From the IMG/VR virus record IMGVR_UViG_3300045988_051021: a stretch of DNA of 64,000 nt; one strand, given 5' to 3'. Every line of letters starts with the position of its first letter. Position 1 is the stretch's first letter. A model generated the notes under the pieces. It saw nothing but the letters and a program-made list of their open reading frames with translations. It had not been told where the DNA came from and did not search any database. The position numbers and the translations under genes are program-made. Below are positions 42,142-52,059 of the stretch, one piece after another. The stretch comes from a virus.

Positions 42142-43976
42142 AATTAACCTATAAGCTACAACAAGGCGGGGGAATGCCCGCCTTCGTTAGCTACACCAAT
42201 GTACCTCAACCACAAGTAGCTGCTCCTTATTCATCCACATCCTCCAGCCAAGGTGAGCCAGACGGTTCTGTTGGATTATTGGATAAGAATATGGTAAAGT
42301 TTTTGTATGAGAATGGCATACCGAGTGATGTGGAAGCATTCGTAGAAACTTCTGGTATATTCTCGGATAGTATATACAAGAATCCGTTTAGTAATAATGC
42401 TACTGTACAATATAAGACTATATTAAAGATGCTCCCAAGAATAAAGGCGGAGAATGAAAGATTTAAGAATGCTATGACCCAGGCTGACAAAAATGGAGGG
42501 CTTGGCGAGATTGCTGTAACTGACGGAGGTCATGTAATTACAGTTGATGCTGAGGGTAAACTACAGAAGAAATCACTAAATGATGTTGACCTTAACTCAG
42601 AACAGATTTTGACTAATTCAGAGCTGGCTAATTATCGTGCTAATAGTATAAATGCCGCTTTTAATACTGACCTTACGAGCATTATAGGTAATGCAGTAGG
42701 TATCCCTAAGATAACCGAATATATACAATCTGTAGTTAATAAGTTAGGAACTACTTCAATGTCAAGGGAGGGATATGTAGGTCAGCAATCTGGCAGAATA
42801 TTAAAAGGAATGGAGTATTTAGCTGCCTTACAGCCTAGTAGAGAGGACCTATCTGGAATGTCTGTAGATGGACTTTATAAAATGTCCAGCATGGATAAAT
42901 CCCAGCAAGCTCAGGCTAATCAGGCATTAGGCTATCTATTAACCTCTCTACCTAAGAATATGAGAACTGTTCTTCAAGCTAAGGCAGCTATGTATTTAGG
43001 AGATAACTCTGCGGAAGGTGTTAAAAAATTATTAATGTCTCTAACCCAATCGGCATTAAGTGGAGAACATACCTTAAAACTTGATTTACAAGAGAAGATG
43101 GATGCTAGCGGGAAGGCTAAAACATCAGGTAGTGGTAGGGATAATAACATTACAGACCCTGCCAAAGCATTCCTACTTGGGCTAGGAGAGGTTAAAAACC
43201 ATAAAATTAATAATGGAAATTCGTATAGTTTAAATCTACCAGGCAATAGTGCACCATTAGTTGATACTTCTGGTAAAACTATAGGAAGTGCTACATTAGA
43301 GGATGCTGCAAGGAGTACATTCTCTGGAGTTCTAGACTTTAAGAATGCTACGATGGGGGGTCAGTTATTAAACTCATCTCAGAGAAGTAGAGTTGCTATA
43401 GATGGCTCTAATGTAGTTGCAGTTGACCTTCCTGTTGACACACAAGCATTACAATCTGGGGTGCTTAAGCCCGATATTGATTCATTAAAGAGATTAGAGT
43501 TGGCTGAGAATGAGATTAGAGAAGGAGATATAAAGGATGAAGCTCAGAAAAATGAAATCTATGCTAAGTATAAATTGCCATATAAGTACATTAATGGACA
43601 AATAAATACCAATGCCTATGGAAGATTCGCCGTATTAGATGCCTCAGCAGATGAGTCTGCATTCGTAGAAGACCCAACAATGGATGATACTCTTAGTGAA
43701 GTAACTGACATTAATGAAAGGGAAAGTATAGAGAGAATATTAAAGGCTGCTGATGCATCATTTAAGATGAGTCAGCCTGGCATATTCTCCAGTGGTAATA
43801 ATGTATACTCTGGTTCTGTGTATATACCAGTAAGACAGAATCTTATTAATGCTTCACTTGGCTCTGGGCACTATCCTACGATACAAGGTAATGATGCTAT
43901 GGATATAGAAGCTAAAGAACAACAGAAGCAACGATTGCAAACTTACGTGCCAAGTCCCTCACTATCTACACTATAA
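42138..43976 (+). CDS. virion-block protein (612 aa)
   Basis: ATGA coupling to the upstream giant gene; N-terminal MKLTYKLQQGGG motif. Confidence 0.75.
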   Translation: MKLTYKLQQGGGMPAFVSYTNVPQPQVAAPYSSTSSSQGEPDGSVGLLDKNMVKFLYENGIPSDVEAFVETSGIFSDSIYKNPFSNNATVQYKTILKMLPRIKAENERFKNAMTQADKNGGLGEIAVTDGGHVITVDAEGKLQKKSLNDVDLNSEQILTNSELANYRANSINAAFNTDLTSIIGNAVGIPKITEYIQSVVNKLGTTSMSREGYVGQQSGRILKGMEYLAALQPSREDLSGMSVDGLYKMSSMDKSQQAQANQALGYLLTSLPKNMRTVLQAKAAMYLGDNSAEGVKKLLMSLTQSALSGEHTLKLDLQEKMDASGKAKTSGSGRDNNITDPAKAFLLGLGEVKNHKINNGNSYSLNLPGNSAPLVDTSGKTIGSATLEDAARSTFSGVLDFKNATMGGQLLNSSQRSRVAIDGSNVVAVDLPVDTQALQSGVLKPDIDSLKRLELAENEIREGDIKDEAQKNEIYAKYKLPYKYINGQINTNAYGRFAVLDASADESAFVEDPTMDDTLSEVTDINERESIERILKAADASFKMSQPGIFSSGNNVYSGSVYIPVRQNLINASLGSGHYPTIQGNDAMDIEAKEQQKQRLQTYVPSPSLSTL

Positions 43977-43987
43977 AATCTAGTAAT

Positions 43988-46900
43988 ATGACAAATACAA
44001 AGGAAAATGATTGGCTGTTAAATAGAGTGTCTAATCCTACCTTTTCTATCTCTGATTTTAAGGCAATAGGATTAGATGCCACTAACACTTCATTAGCAGA
44101 TGCAAGTGTTTATAAGAACATTCCCCAAATTCAAGATAATCCTGCATTTCAAACTGATGGTAAATTTGATGAAGCTAAGTTTGATAATGTATATAAATAC
44201 ATGGCTGAGACTTATAATCAATTGGCTGATGAATCCTACCAAGAAGATATTTTAAGTCAGGCTACATTCCATAGAGATAATATATTCGCTGAACCTGAGC
44301 AAAGAAGGAAGGGTCCAGATATTTATCTGTCCAGAGAAGTTAACCCATTAAGGCAGACAAGGGGTATTAGAAGATTAAATCTATTAGACGCTCCTACTAT
44401 GTCAGCTGATGAGGCTGCCCAAACTCAGAAAGTATTAGCTAACCCTATGAGTGTAGCTAATGGAGCTAATCCAGTATGGCATGATTCCCCTAATGATTCA
44501 TTCTGGACTGACTTCTGGGATACTAGAGTTATGGCTCAATGGGATGAAGATGGGGAGCATATTGACCCAGTAACCAAAGAGAAGGTTCAACATAAGAAGG
44601 GGGAATTGAAACTAAACGAGAATGGTACATATTATTATGAGAACCTAGACGGTAGAGATGTGTATGGAAGACGAGTTCTTTCAAAGTTAAATACTCTAAC
44701 CACAGATGGTTCTGCAATCAATAAATATGACTTCTTTGACTCAGACGGACTCGATAAAAGTGTTGTTGGCTCCTTAGCCCGTAACGCTGTCTCAATCCTT
44801 CCTATGTTCATTCCTGGGATAAGTCCTTGGTATATAGGTGCTGGTATTGCCTTAGAAACCACTAAGATTTTAGCTACTCTGGGTAAAGTATTCTCTGGCA
44901 GTGATAATAAGTTTCTATCGGCTGTAGAAGGATTTACTAAGTCCTTAGAACCTACAACTTCTGAGTATGGTCAGAATAACGCATGGTCTATGGAGAACTT
45001 CATTAATCTGGCTGGTGATGTATTCAAGCAAATGTATGAGCAGAGGTGGATATTTAAATACGCACCTGCCCTATTTAAGGGGGAGAATATGGCTACCGAG
45101 GCTGCCCAAATGAAAAAGCTAGAAGAGTTTCAAGCTAAATATGTAAACCTTGATAGCTATCTAAAAGCTAAAGTAGCAACTCCAAAGGCTGGAGATTTAA
45201 GATACTTTGAAGAATTAAAAGCAGTCAATACATTTAAAGCTCAGAATGACCTAGAGAACTACATGAAGGGCTACAACAAGATAGGAGAACTTCTATCTAA
45301 GGCTTACATGACTAGTATTACAGTTCAAGATGCTTATGGTGAAGCTAAGGAACAGGGTGCTAACGACCTAGAAGCTGCATTACTTACATTAGGATATGCT
45401 GCAGGAGAATATGCTATTATTAATAGTAGGTTAGGAGAATGGGTACTTCCTGAACTTAGGATGGATAAGGAGCAGATGAAGCAGGTAGTCAAAACTTTGA
45501 CAGAAGGTTCAAGAAAGACTATTGATAACGGCTCTAAAGTCCAAAAAGTTGAGTGGATGAAAAAGATATTCAAGCTCGGAAAGGATGTTGCTCAAGCTAA
45601 CTACTCTGTGGGTAAAAGTGGACTTAAAGCTACTGCCGCCAATGCTCTTGGGGAAGGTATAGAGGAAGTATCTGAAGAGGTTATGTATGACTTCGCTAAA
45701 TCAGTTACCAATCTAGGAATGTGGTTAGCTGGTAGTGATACACAGCCACTACAAGCATGGGACAATATGTTCGACAGATATGGTATGTCATTCGTAGGAG
45801 GTATGCTAGGTGGTGCTATGTTTGATGCTTTACCTAACCTTAGAGAAGCTAGGCAGCTTGGTCAGATGAATAATGAGCAAGCTATGCAACAACTAGTATA
45901 TATGGCTAGAAATGGTAAGATGGGCGATTTCCTAAAGATGGTAGACAAGATGGAATTAGGTAATAAGTACTTATCTGCCACTAAACTTGTAGACGGAGTA
46001 GGCGGAAGAAAGGTATGGGCACAAGGTACTGATACTGATAACCAAGACCTAGCTGCTAAATCTGAGGTTAGGAGAATAGCTAAGTTTGTTACTAATACCT
46101 TATCAGCACAAGGTGCAACCATTAGTGATGATGCATTCCTAGACACACAAACTCTCAATGATTTAAGATTCTCAGCCCTTAAGAACAGTAGTGTAGCTGC
46201 AAGCTACTTACAGGACTATAACAGTGTTTGTGAGAAGATTGTAACTTTAACTAATCAACTTAACGGACTGGGTGGAACCCAAGAGCGTATGGATAATGGT
46301 GGACCTACCGACGCTCAGGTAAAGGAGAATGGAGATGAATCTACTAAGACTGAGAGAAGTAGAATAGAAGGTGAATTAAAGGCAGCAATAGAGAGAAAGG
46401 AGGCATATATGAAAGGAGATTTAGCTCCCCGGCTCATCTATGATGCTCTATTTGAGATGTCAACTGCTGTTAGTAGTGCCTACTTAGCCCCAACTCTTAT
46501 ACAGTATGCTGAGAACAAAACTGGTAAAAAGGTAACTGACATTCCTAAGAATGAATTAGAGGAAATATCAAAAGAGTATGATGGATGGAAGAATTCAGGA
46601 TTCAAAGATGCAGTACGTACTGCTGCCTCAATTCATAAATCAATAGCTAAGGTTGTTGCACCTTTATTCCAAAACCACAGTCTAAAGTACTACGAGAGTC
46701 TTGATGAAAACTTACACTCTACTTTAAGTATCTTACAGACCGGACTAAATAGGTATGTCAAGCATCTTAATGAGAACAAGGACTCTGAATCCTTTGTAGA
46801 AGATATGGCTGAGTTCAATATACACTCATCAACGGGTATTATTGATTCTCTGTTAGCCACTTTAGGTTCTGAATCAGAGAAGGCAACATTTATTGACATA

Positions 46901-49900
46901 ATAAATACTCCAATAACTGAAGATTATACGATGGAGGTTCAATCTGAGCAATATAACAAGTTTGTTAGTAAATTCTTAACATCACATATAGATGCTATTG
47001 TTAAGCCTATTGTGAACCAAGGTTATATTAATCCAGAATTGAAAAGAGTATTAAACGGCACTTTAGATTCTGCATACTGGTATTTCATTAACCAGGCGGA
47101 AATGTATGGAGATGATGCAAGCTATATAGAGGCAACCAAGATAGAAGATGCTAAAGCTCAAATTGATAAGTTGCAGCATTCTAATATCATTGAACTTTTA
47201 GACCAATTCTCATTAAGTACTACTGATTCTGACGTAAAGGTATCTAATATTCTTAAAGAAACTGATGCTTCGTTAAGGGAGCATATGGATGATTTGTCCA
47301 ACTTTAACCTAAATAATGAGAGACTTGGCCAGATTACTGAAGCTCTTTCAGTGATTAATATATTTAAGGCTCAATTACTTAGTGCTAGGGTAGACAACGC
47401 TGATTTATCTAATCTTTATGGTATGAATACTACTATAAACGAATTAGATTCAGAGGCTAATCTAGCAGAATTACAGTCTAATGTGGCTGATGCAATGATG
47501 CAGGACCTAGAAGGTATTGAGTTACGTCTTAAAACCTTCCAAAAGATAATAGCTGCAAATAATGCTCAGAAGTTAGGAGAACAAACAAGAACCGCAAATA
47601 ATAAGAATATACTTATCTATGACAGAATAAAGAGCTTTATTCTTAACATTCCTAATGATTGGGCAGGTAAAGCTGAGTTTGAGGGGACAGTAAGCAGTCT
47701 AAGTAAACTCGAAGAAATATCAGCTGCCAAGAAGATAAGCCTTAATAGGGAGGAAAGGTTTCAGGTAGAATCAGAGATGGTAAAACTTGATGATGCTATA
47801 TATAACTTCTTTGAAGCTAATAGTGATAAGGTTAATGACCCAGAAGCACTGTCTAAGCTTATTAGCGTAGACAACTTTGGCTTAATTACTATAAGTGATG
47901 ATGTAGAATCATTAAGTTCCAAGTCAACTAATATAGACGATAATGCAGTGGTTTGGTATATTGCCTCTAGAGCTGCTGTTAAGGCATCTGACTTCTATGG
48001 AGAATATAGGTCTATTATTAGTGATAAGATTGCTCCTATACCTACTCAAGAGTTAGCTACTTATTTGGGATATGCTTCAATTCTTAACGGAGGTATGATT
48101 GATAAGTTCTGTGATGCTGTAAATACCTCCCTAAAGAACTATGCAGCATCTATGACTGATTCTGAGTGGAAATATGCCCCAGGCATCATTAGAGAATTGG
48201 TACTTGACTCTTCAGTTGCTCCAAGATTCTCTAGAGTAACTTTTATTGAGGGTATTCCTGGAAGTGGTAAGACTACTGGCGTATTTAATAACCTTATAGT
48301 ACTTCTAAAGAAATACCATCCAGAAGTTTTGAAAAGTGTTTGGATTGGTCATGCCACTGAAGATAGTGCTAAGGGCTTAAAAGCCGATTTAAATCTTGAT
48401 TCTGCTACCACTTTGGATAGAGAACATCTTATGAAGAGGGTAACCCAGGAATGGAAAGACTTCAAAGATTATCCTCAGAAATCATCTAAAGAAGTAGACC
48501 CATCTTCCGAGGAAGATATTCCAGTGTCTATAATTGATGATGGAGATATATATTTTGACGATAACTTTATTACTAGGTCAAACTTCAAGATAAATGAAAT
48601 CTCGGAAGCTCCATCTCTAATCCTTATTGATGAGGTGTCAAGATACACTGTAGTTGATATGGATTTAGTTAATAGATTTGCACAGAAGTATGGAATTCCA
48701 GTTATTGTGGCTGGGGACTTTGACCAAAGTAAAGCTATTGGAAGGCATCTTATCGACTATAAAGGGAAGAATGTTAGAAATACAATACAGTTAGCTCGCC
48801 GTAACTTTATAAGGTGTCCTAAACTGGGAGTATCTATGAGGTCTAACAACCAGCAAGTAACAATTAATATCAATAACCTTAAGAGTATCCTACCAAAACT
48901 AAGGAGTAATAACTACGATTCAGATGTGTCAATGCATTACTATCAGGATGATTCTGGGTTGTTTGGAACTAAGGTTTATAATATAAATGACCTGAGAAAT
49001 TCTGCACCGTATAGTATAGAGCTGGTAAAGAAAGACATTGACCTAATGATTAATAGTATGAATCCAGATGAAAAGATTGGATTTATCTATTATGATACTG
49101 ATACTGAGATATATAAATTACTTTCTAGTGCTACTTATAAGGATAGAGTAGACTTTAAACAAGGTAACTCTTCACAAGGACTTGAAGGTAAGTATTATAT
49201 AATTGACGATTCAGCTGGTTTAGAGAACGAGGAATATTGGGACGACCTTTATACTGGAATCTCTAGAGCAATACAGGGTAGCATTGTTCTTCACACTAAG
49301 GATAGCTATAAGACTAACAATTCGAATCTATTAAATTCTATCCAAGACCCTTCTACTAGTGTTAGTGAACTGTCCAAAGATGGAATCAAGACATTCTCTT
49401 CTGAAAGGAGGGATATGTTAGATAAACTTCCCTTAGATAATAAACCTACTAAATTGGTTAAGAGGGAAAAGGATGCCACTATTCCTTCTGTAACCGTAGT
49501 ACCTGAAGCTGGACTGACTTCTGAGGTAGTAACGACTGTAACGGATGATGGAACTAAGAAGCAGGTCATTATTACTAACAATGGACTTCCCACTGAGGCT
49601 GATATAAAGGATAAGACCCTTGCTTCTAGCGAAGATACAACCCCACCTCCAGTACCTACAACTGGAACTAATCACGTTTCCAGCACTAAAACTGAATCTG
49701 TTCTTGACTTATTAATGTACACATTCCCCACATTTGAGTCAGGAACTTCATTTGATAAGGATGGAAACCTGATAGTAACCCCAGAGAATAGTAAAAGGTT
49801 AGATAGCTACTTCGGTTTGAATAAGTTACCTGGAGTAAAAAACAAAGAAACATTTGATAAGACCATAGGTAACTTAAGGAGTGTTATATTCAATACAGCT

Positions 49901-52057
49901 GATAAGGGAGAGCTTACCAGGAAGATAAAGGCAATTCTAGGTCTCGGAGATGATGTGTATTGTACATTTGCATTTAAGAGTTCTGCAAGTACGTTCAATA
50001 ACGCAGAATGGGGAAGATTTAGAAAGGATACAGGTTCAGAATCTTTAAGCTACATATTCTCTGAGGATGAAGAAAGTAAGAATATTAAGCTAAAGACACT
50101 ATCTATCATTATAGGGGAAGGCACTAATGATATGTTAGAGCTACCTTTAGCTATATTACCTAACCCTCTAACTGTATTTAAGAATGACAAATTCAAGGCA
50201 ATAAAAGAGGAATATAATGAGATTTCTAGAAGGAATCCTAGTGCTCCTATGTTTGATAAGTTTAATGAACTTATTAAATTTATTCAAGCTAATCCGTCTA
50301 TTGAAGGAGGAAATGCCTTAGTTAACTTCTTAAAGGTATATACCTTTAACTCTAATGGTGTATTTTACATGGAGGATGCAAATTGGACATTGGCTAATAA
50401 TCTTAAATCTCAAGGACCGACAATTACTAATGCTCTTAAGGGTTCTGATTATGAATACAATGACCATTTGAAATATGATGGTAAATGGATAACCCTTGAT
50501 GAATTATCAAAGGTTCCTGGCACTTCTATTTCTAAGGTAAAATTATCTCCTAAGGGAGTTTACTCATTTGGAAATAAAACCGTAAACTTTGCCAAGCCTG
50601 GACACCCATTTGTACTTGTTAGTAATGATATAATGCTTAGTGGTGCAGAATTGGAGAATTACTACTATAGACAATTAGAGGATAGTTCTTTGGAGAAGAA
50701 GGTGAAGTTAGTTTATGTTGTTCCTCCTAAAGCATCAGTTAAGGAGTATTTTGATAATCTACTAAGCATTGTTTCTGGAGATAAGAACTCTATTAAGAGG
50801 ATAGGTAATGACTTCACGGCCTATAGGATTATAAAAATATTATCAGCTCAACCTGGCTATGAGACAAGTGACCTAAACTACAATACTACTGCATACGATG
50901 GTATAATGAAGTTGGTAGGTAAACTTGATAGCGCAGAGGGAGATGTTAAAGCCCAAATGGAAATCCTTAATGGTCCTGTTGATATTAAAGGACTAAATAG
51001 AAACATTACTGCTAGACAAGCCCTTCAAAACTATCTATTAGGTTCGGTATATCCTCCAAACGCAGATAATACTAGTAGAATATTTAAGGAACTTAATTTA
51101 CGTTCTATAGAACATATATTAGGTCAAAATAAGATTGATGGAATATTCTACAATATACAATATAGTAAGTCTTCTACAGACACTATTGCTCTAGATGCAG
51201 TTTATGATACAGGTAACTACTCTATTGATAATAATCCATTTATGGTTAATGGTAAGATAGATAGCCCTTCGTTCTATGGTAACGTAAACCCATTACTAGA
51301 AACAATAGTCAACAAGATGACTAACAATGGTAACTTTAAAGGTAGTAGAGACAATAATAGGTATTTAGCTGGAAACTCTCGTATAGGAGTAACCCCTAAG
51401 CCTACAGCTGATACTATCTTTAGGTCAATGAACATCAAGGCATCTGCTTCAGTTATGTCAGAAATGGATGTAGATACTCTACAAACACTGTCTAAGGAGC
51501 AGGTTTTAGATGCATATAGAAAGACAAATCATCTAGTAATACCTATTGGTTCTGACGTCTATATAAGTACTAAACCATCTAACCTTGATGTGTCTAACTC
51601 TGTCATTTCAGATATTTCCCAATTAAGTTTAAATATTCACAAATTTACCTTAACTTTGGGGAATGAAATCTTTAATGCAGAGCTAAACCTGAATAACAAT
51701 GAGATTACTCTAATAAAACAGACAAGTGCTCCTACTGGGACTCAACTTGCTGTATTCTCGGTAAGCTCATTACAGGAAGTAGCCGAATATAAGAACATCC
51801 TTAGCGTATTTAACTTTGCTACACTTGGTAAGGTGCAATCTGCGAAGGGTGTGGAGGCATTTAATAAGGAAGTTAATGCTATGAGAGCAACTTCTAAAAT
51901 GATAAAAAGGATGAGTGAGGAGATTGACCAATTCGAAGGTTCTCAGAAGGATATGCTTCAGAATTTGGTAAATTTCTTACAATCTAAGCAAGATGAAAAG
52001 GCTCGTCTAAACACTACTGACAATTCATGTCCAATAACTATAAAAATTAAATTATAA
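43988..52057 (+). CDS. giant virion-associated/ejected protein (2689 aa) with embedded SF1 helicase-like ATPase core
   Basis: Uninterrupted 8.1-kb ORF; hydrophobic segments near the N-terminus. Residues ~1405-1770 carry SF1 motifs I GIPGSGKTT (48251-48277), II LILIDEV (DE at 48629-48634), III VAGDFDQS, IV LGVSMRSN, V GNSSQGLEGKYYII, VI LYTGISRAIQGSIVL. Confidence 0.85.
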   Translation: MTNTKENDWLLNRVSNPTFSISDFKAIGLDATNTSLADASVYKNIPQIQDNPAFQTDGKFDEAKFDNVYKYMAETYNQLADESYQEDILSQATFHRDNIFAEPEQRRKGPDIYLSREVNPLRQTRGIRRLNLLDAPTMSADEAAQTQKVLANPMSVANGANPVWHDSPNDSFWTDFWDTRVMAQWDEDGEHIDPVTKEKVQHKKGELKLNENGTYYYENLDGRDVYGRRVLSKLNTLTTDGSAINKYDFFDSDGLDKSVVGSLARNAVSILPMFIPGISPWYIGAGIALETTKILATLGKVFSGSDNKFLSAVEGFTKSLEPTTSEYGQNNAWSMENFINLAGDVFKQMYEQRWIFKYAPALFKGENMATEAAQMKKLEEFQAKYVNLDSYLKAKVATPKAGDLRYFEELKAVNTFKAQNDLENYMKGYNKIGELLSKAYMTSITVQDAYGEAKEQGANDLEAALLTLGYAAGEYAIINSRLGEWVLPELRMDKEQMKQVVKTLTEGSRKTIDNGSKVQKVEWMKKIFKLGKDVAQANYSVGKSGLKATAANALGEGIEEVSEEVMYDFAKSVTNLGMWLAGSDTQPLQAWDNMFDRYGMSFVGGMLGGAMFDALPNLREARQLGQMNNEQAMQQLVYMARNGKMGDFLKMVDKMELGNKYLSATKLVDGVGGRKVWAQGTDTDNQDLAAKSEVRRIAKFVTNTLSAQGATISDDAFLDTQTLNDLRFSALKNSSVAASYLQDYNSVCEKIVTLTNQLNGLGGTQERMDNGGPTDAQVKENGDESTKTERSRIEGELKAAIERKEAYMKGDLAPRLIYDALFEMSTAVSSAYLAPTLIQYAENKTGKKVTDIPKNELEEISKEYDGWKNSGFKDAVRTAASIHKSIAKVVAPLFQNHSLKYYESLDENLHSTLSILQTGLNRYVKHLNENKDSESFVEDMAEFNIHSSTGIIDSLLATLGSESEKATFIDIINTPITEDYTMEVQSEQYNKFVSKFLTSHIDAIVKPIVNQGYINPELKRVLNGTLDSAYWYFINQAEMYGDDASYIEATKIEDAKAQIDKLQHSNIIELLDQFSLSTTDSDVKVSNILKETDASLREHMDDLSNFNLNNERLGQITEALSVINIFKAQLLSARVDNADLSNLYGMNTTINELDSEANLAELQSNVADAMMQDLEGIELRLKTFQKIIAANNAQKLGEQTRTANNKNILIYDRIKSFILNIPNDWAGKAEFEGTVSSLSKLEEISAAKKISLNREERFQVESEMVKLDDAIYNFFEANSDKVNDPEALSKLISVDNFGLITISDDVESLSSKSTNIDDNAVVWYIASRAAVKASDFYGEYRSIISDKIAPIPTQELATYLGYASILNGGMIDKFCDAVNTSLKNYAASMTDSEWKYAPGIIRELVLDSSVAPRFSRVTFIEGIPGSGKTTGVFNNLIVLLKKYHPEVLKSVWIGHATEDSAKGLKADLNLDSATTLDREHLMKRVTQEWKDFKDYPQKSSKEVDPSSEEDIPVSIIDDGDIYFDDNFITRSNFKINEISEAPSLILIDEVSRYTVVDMDLVNRFAQKYGIPVIVAGDFDQSKAIGRHLIDYKGKNVRNTIQLARRNFIRCPKLGVSMRSNNQQVTININNLKSILPKLRSNNYDSDVSMHYYQDDSGLFGTKVYNINDLRNSAPYSIELVKKDIDLMINSMNPDEKIGFIYYDTDTEIYKLLSSATYKDRVDFKQGNSSQGLEGKYYIIDDSAGLENEEYWDDLYTGISRAIQGSIVLHTKDSYKTNNSNLLNSIQDPSTSVSELSKDGIKTFSSERRDMLDKLPLDNKPTKLVKREKDATIPSVTVVPEAGLTSEVVTTVTDDGTKKQVIITNNGLPTEADIKDKTLASSEDTTPPPVPTTGTNHVSSTKTESVLDLLMYTFPTFESGTSFDKDGNLIVTPENSKRLDSYFGLNKLPGVKNKETFDKTIGNLRSVIFNTADKGELTRKIKAILGLGDDVYCTFAFKSSASTFNNAEWGRFRKDTGSESLSYIFSEDEESKNIKLKTLSIIIGEGTNDMLELPLAILPNPLTVFKNDKFKAIKEEYNEISRRNPSAPMFDKFNELIKFIQANPSIEGGNALVNFLKVYTFNSNGVFYMEDANWTLANNLKSQGPTITNALKGSDYEYNDHLKYDGKWITLDELSKVPGTSISKVKLSPKGVYSFGNKTVNFAKPGHPFVLVSNDIMLSGAELENYYYRQLEDSSLEKKVKLVYVVPPKASVKEYFDNLLSIVSGDKNSIKRIGNDFTAYRIIKILSAQPGYETSDLNYNTTAYDGIMKLVGKLDSAEGDVKAQMEILNGPVDIKGLNRNITARQALQNYLLGSVYPPNADNTSRIFKELNLRSIEHILGQNKIDGIFYNIQYSKSSTDTIALDAVYDTGNYSIDNNPFMVNGKIDSPSFYGNVNPLLETIVNKMTNNGNFKGSRDNNRYLAGNSRIGVTPKPTADTIFRSMNIKASASVMSEMDVDTLQTLSKEQVLDAYRKTNHLVIPIGSDVYISTKPSNLDVSNSVISDISQLSLNIHKFTLTLGNEIFNAELNLNNNEITLIKQTSAPTGTQLAVFSVSSLQEVAEYKNILSVFNFATLGKVQSAKGVEAFNKEVNAMRATSKMIKRMSEEIDQFEGSQKDMLQNLVNFLQSKQDEKARLNTTDNSCPITIKIKL

Positions 52058-52059
52058 TC

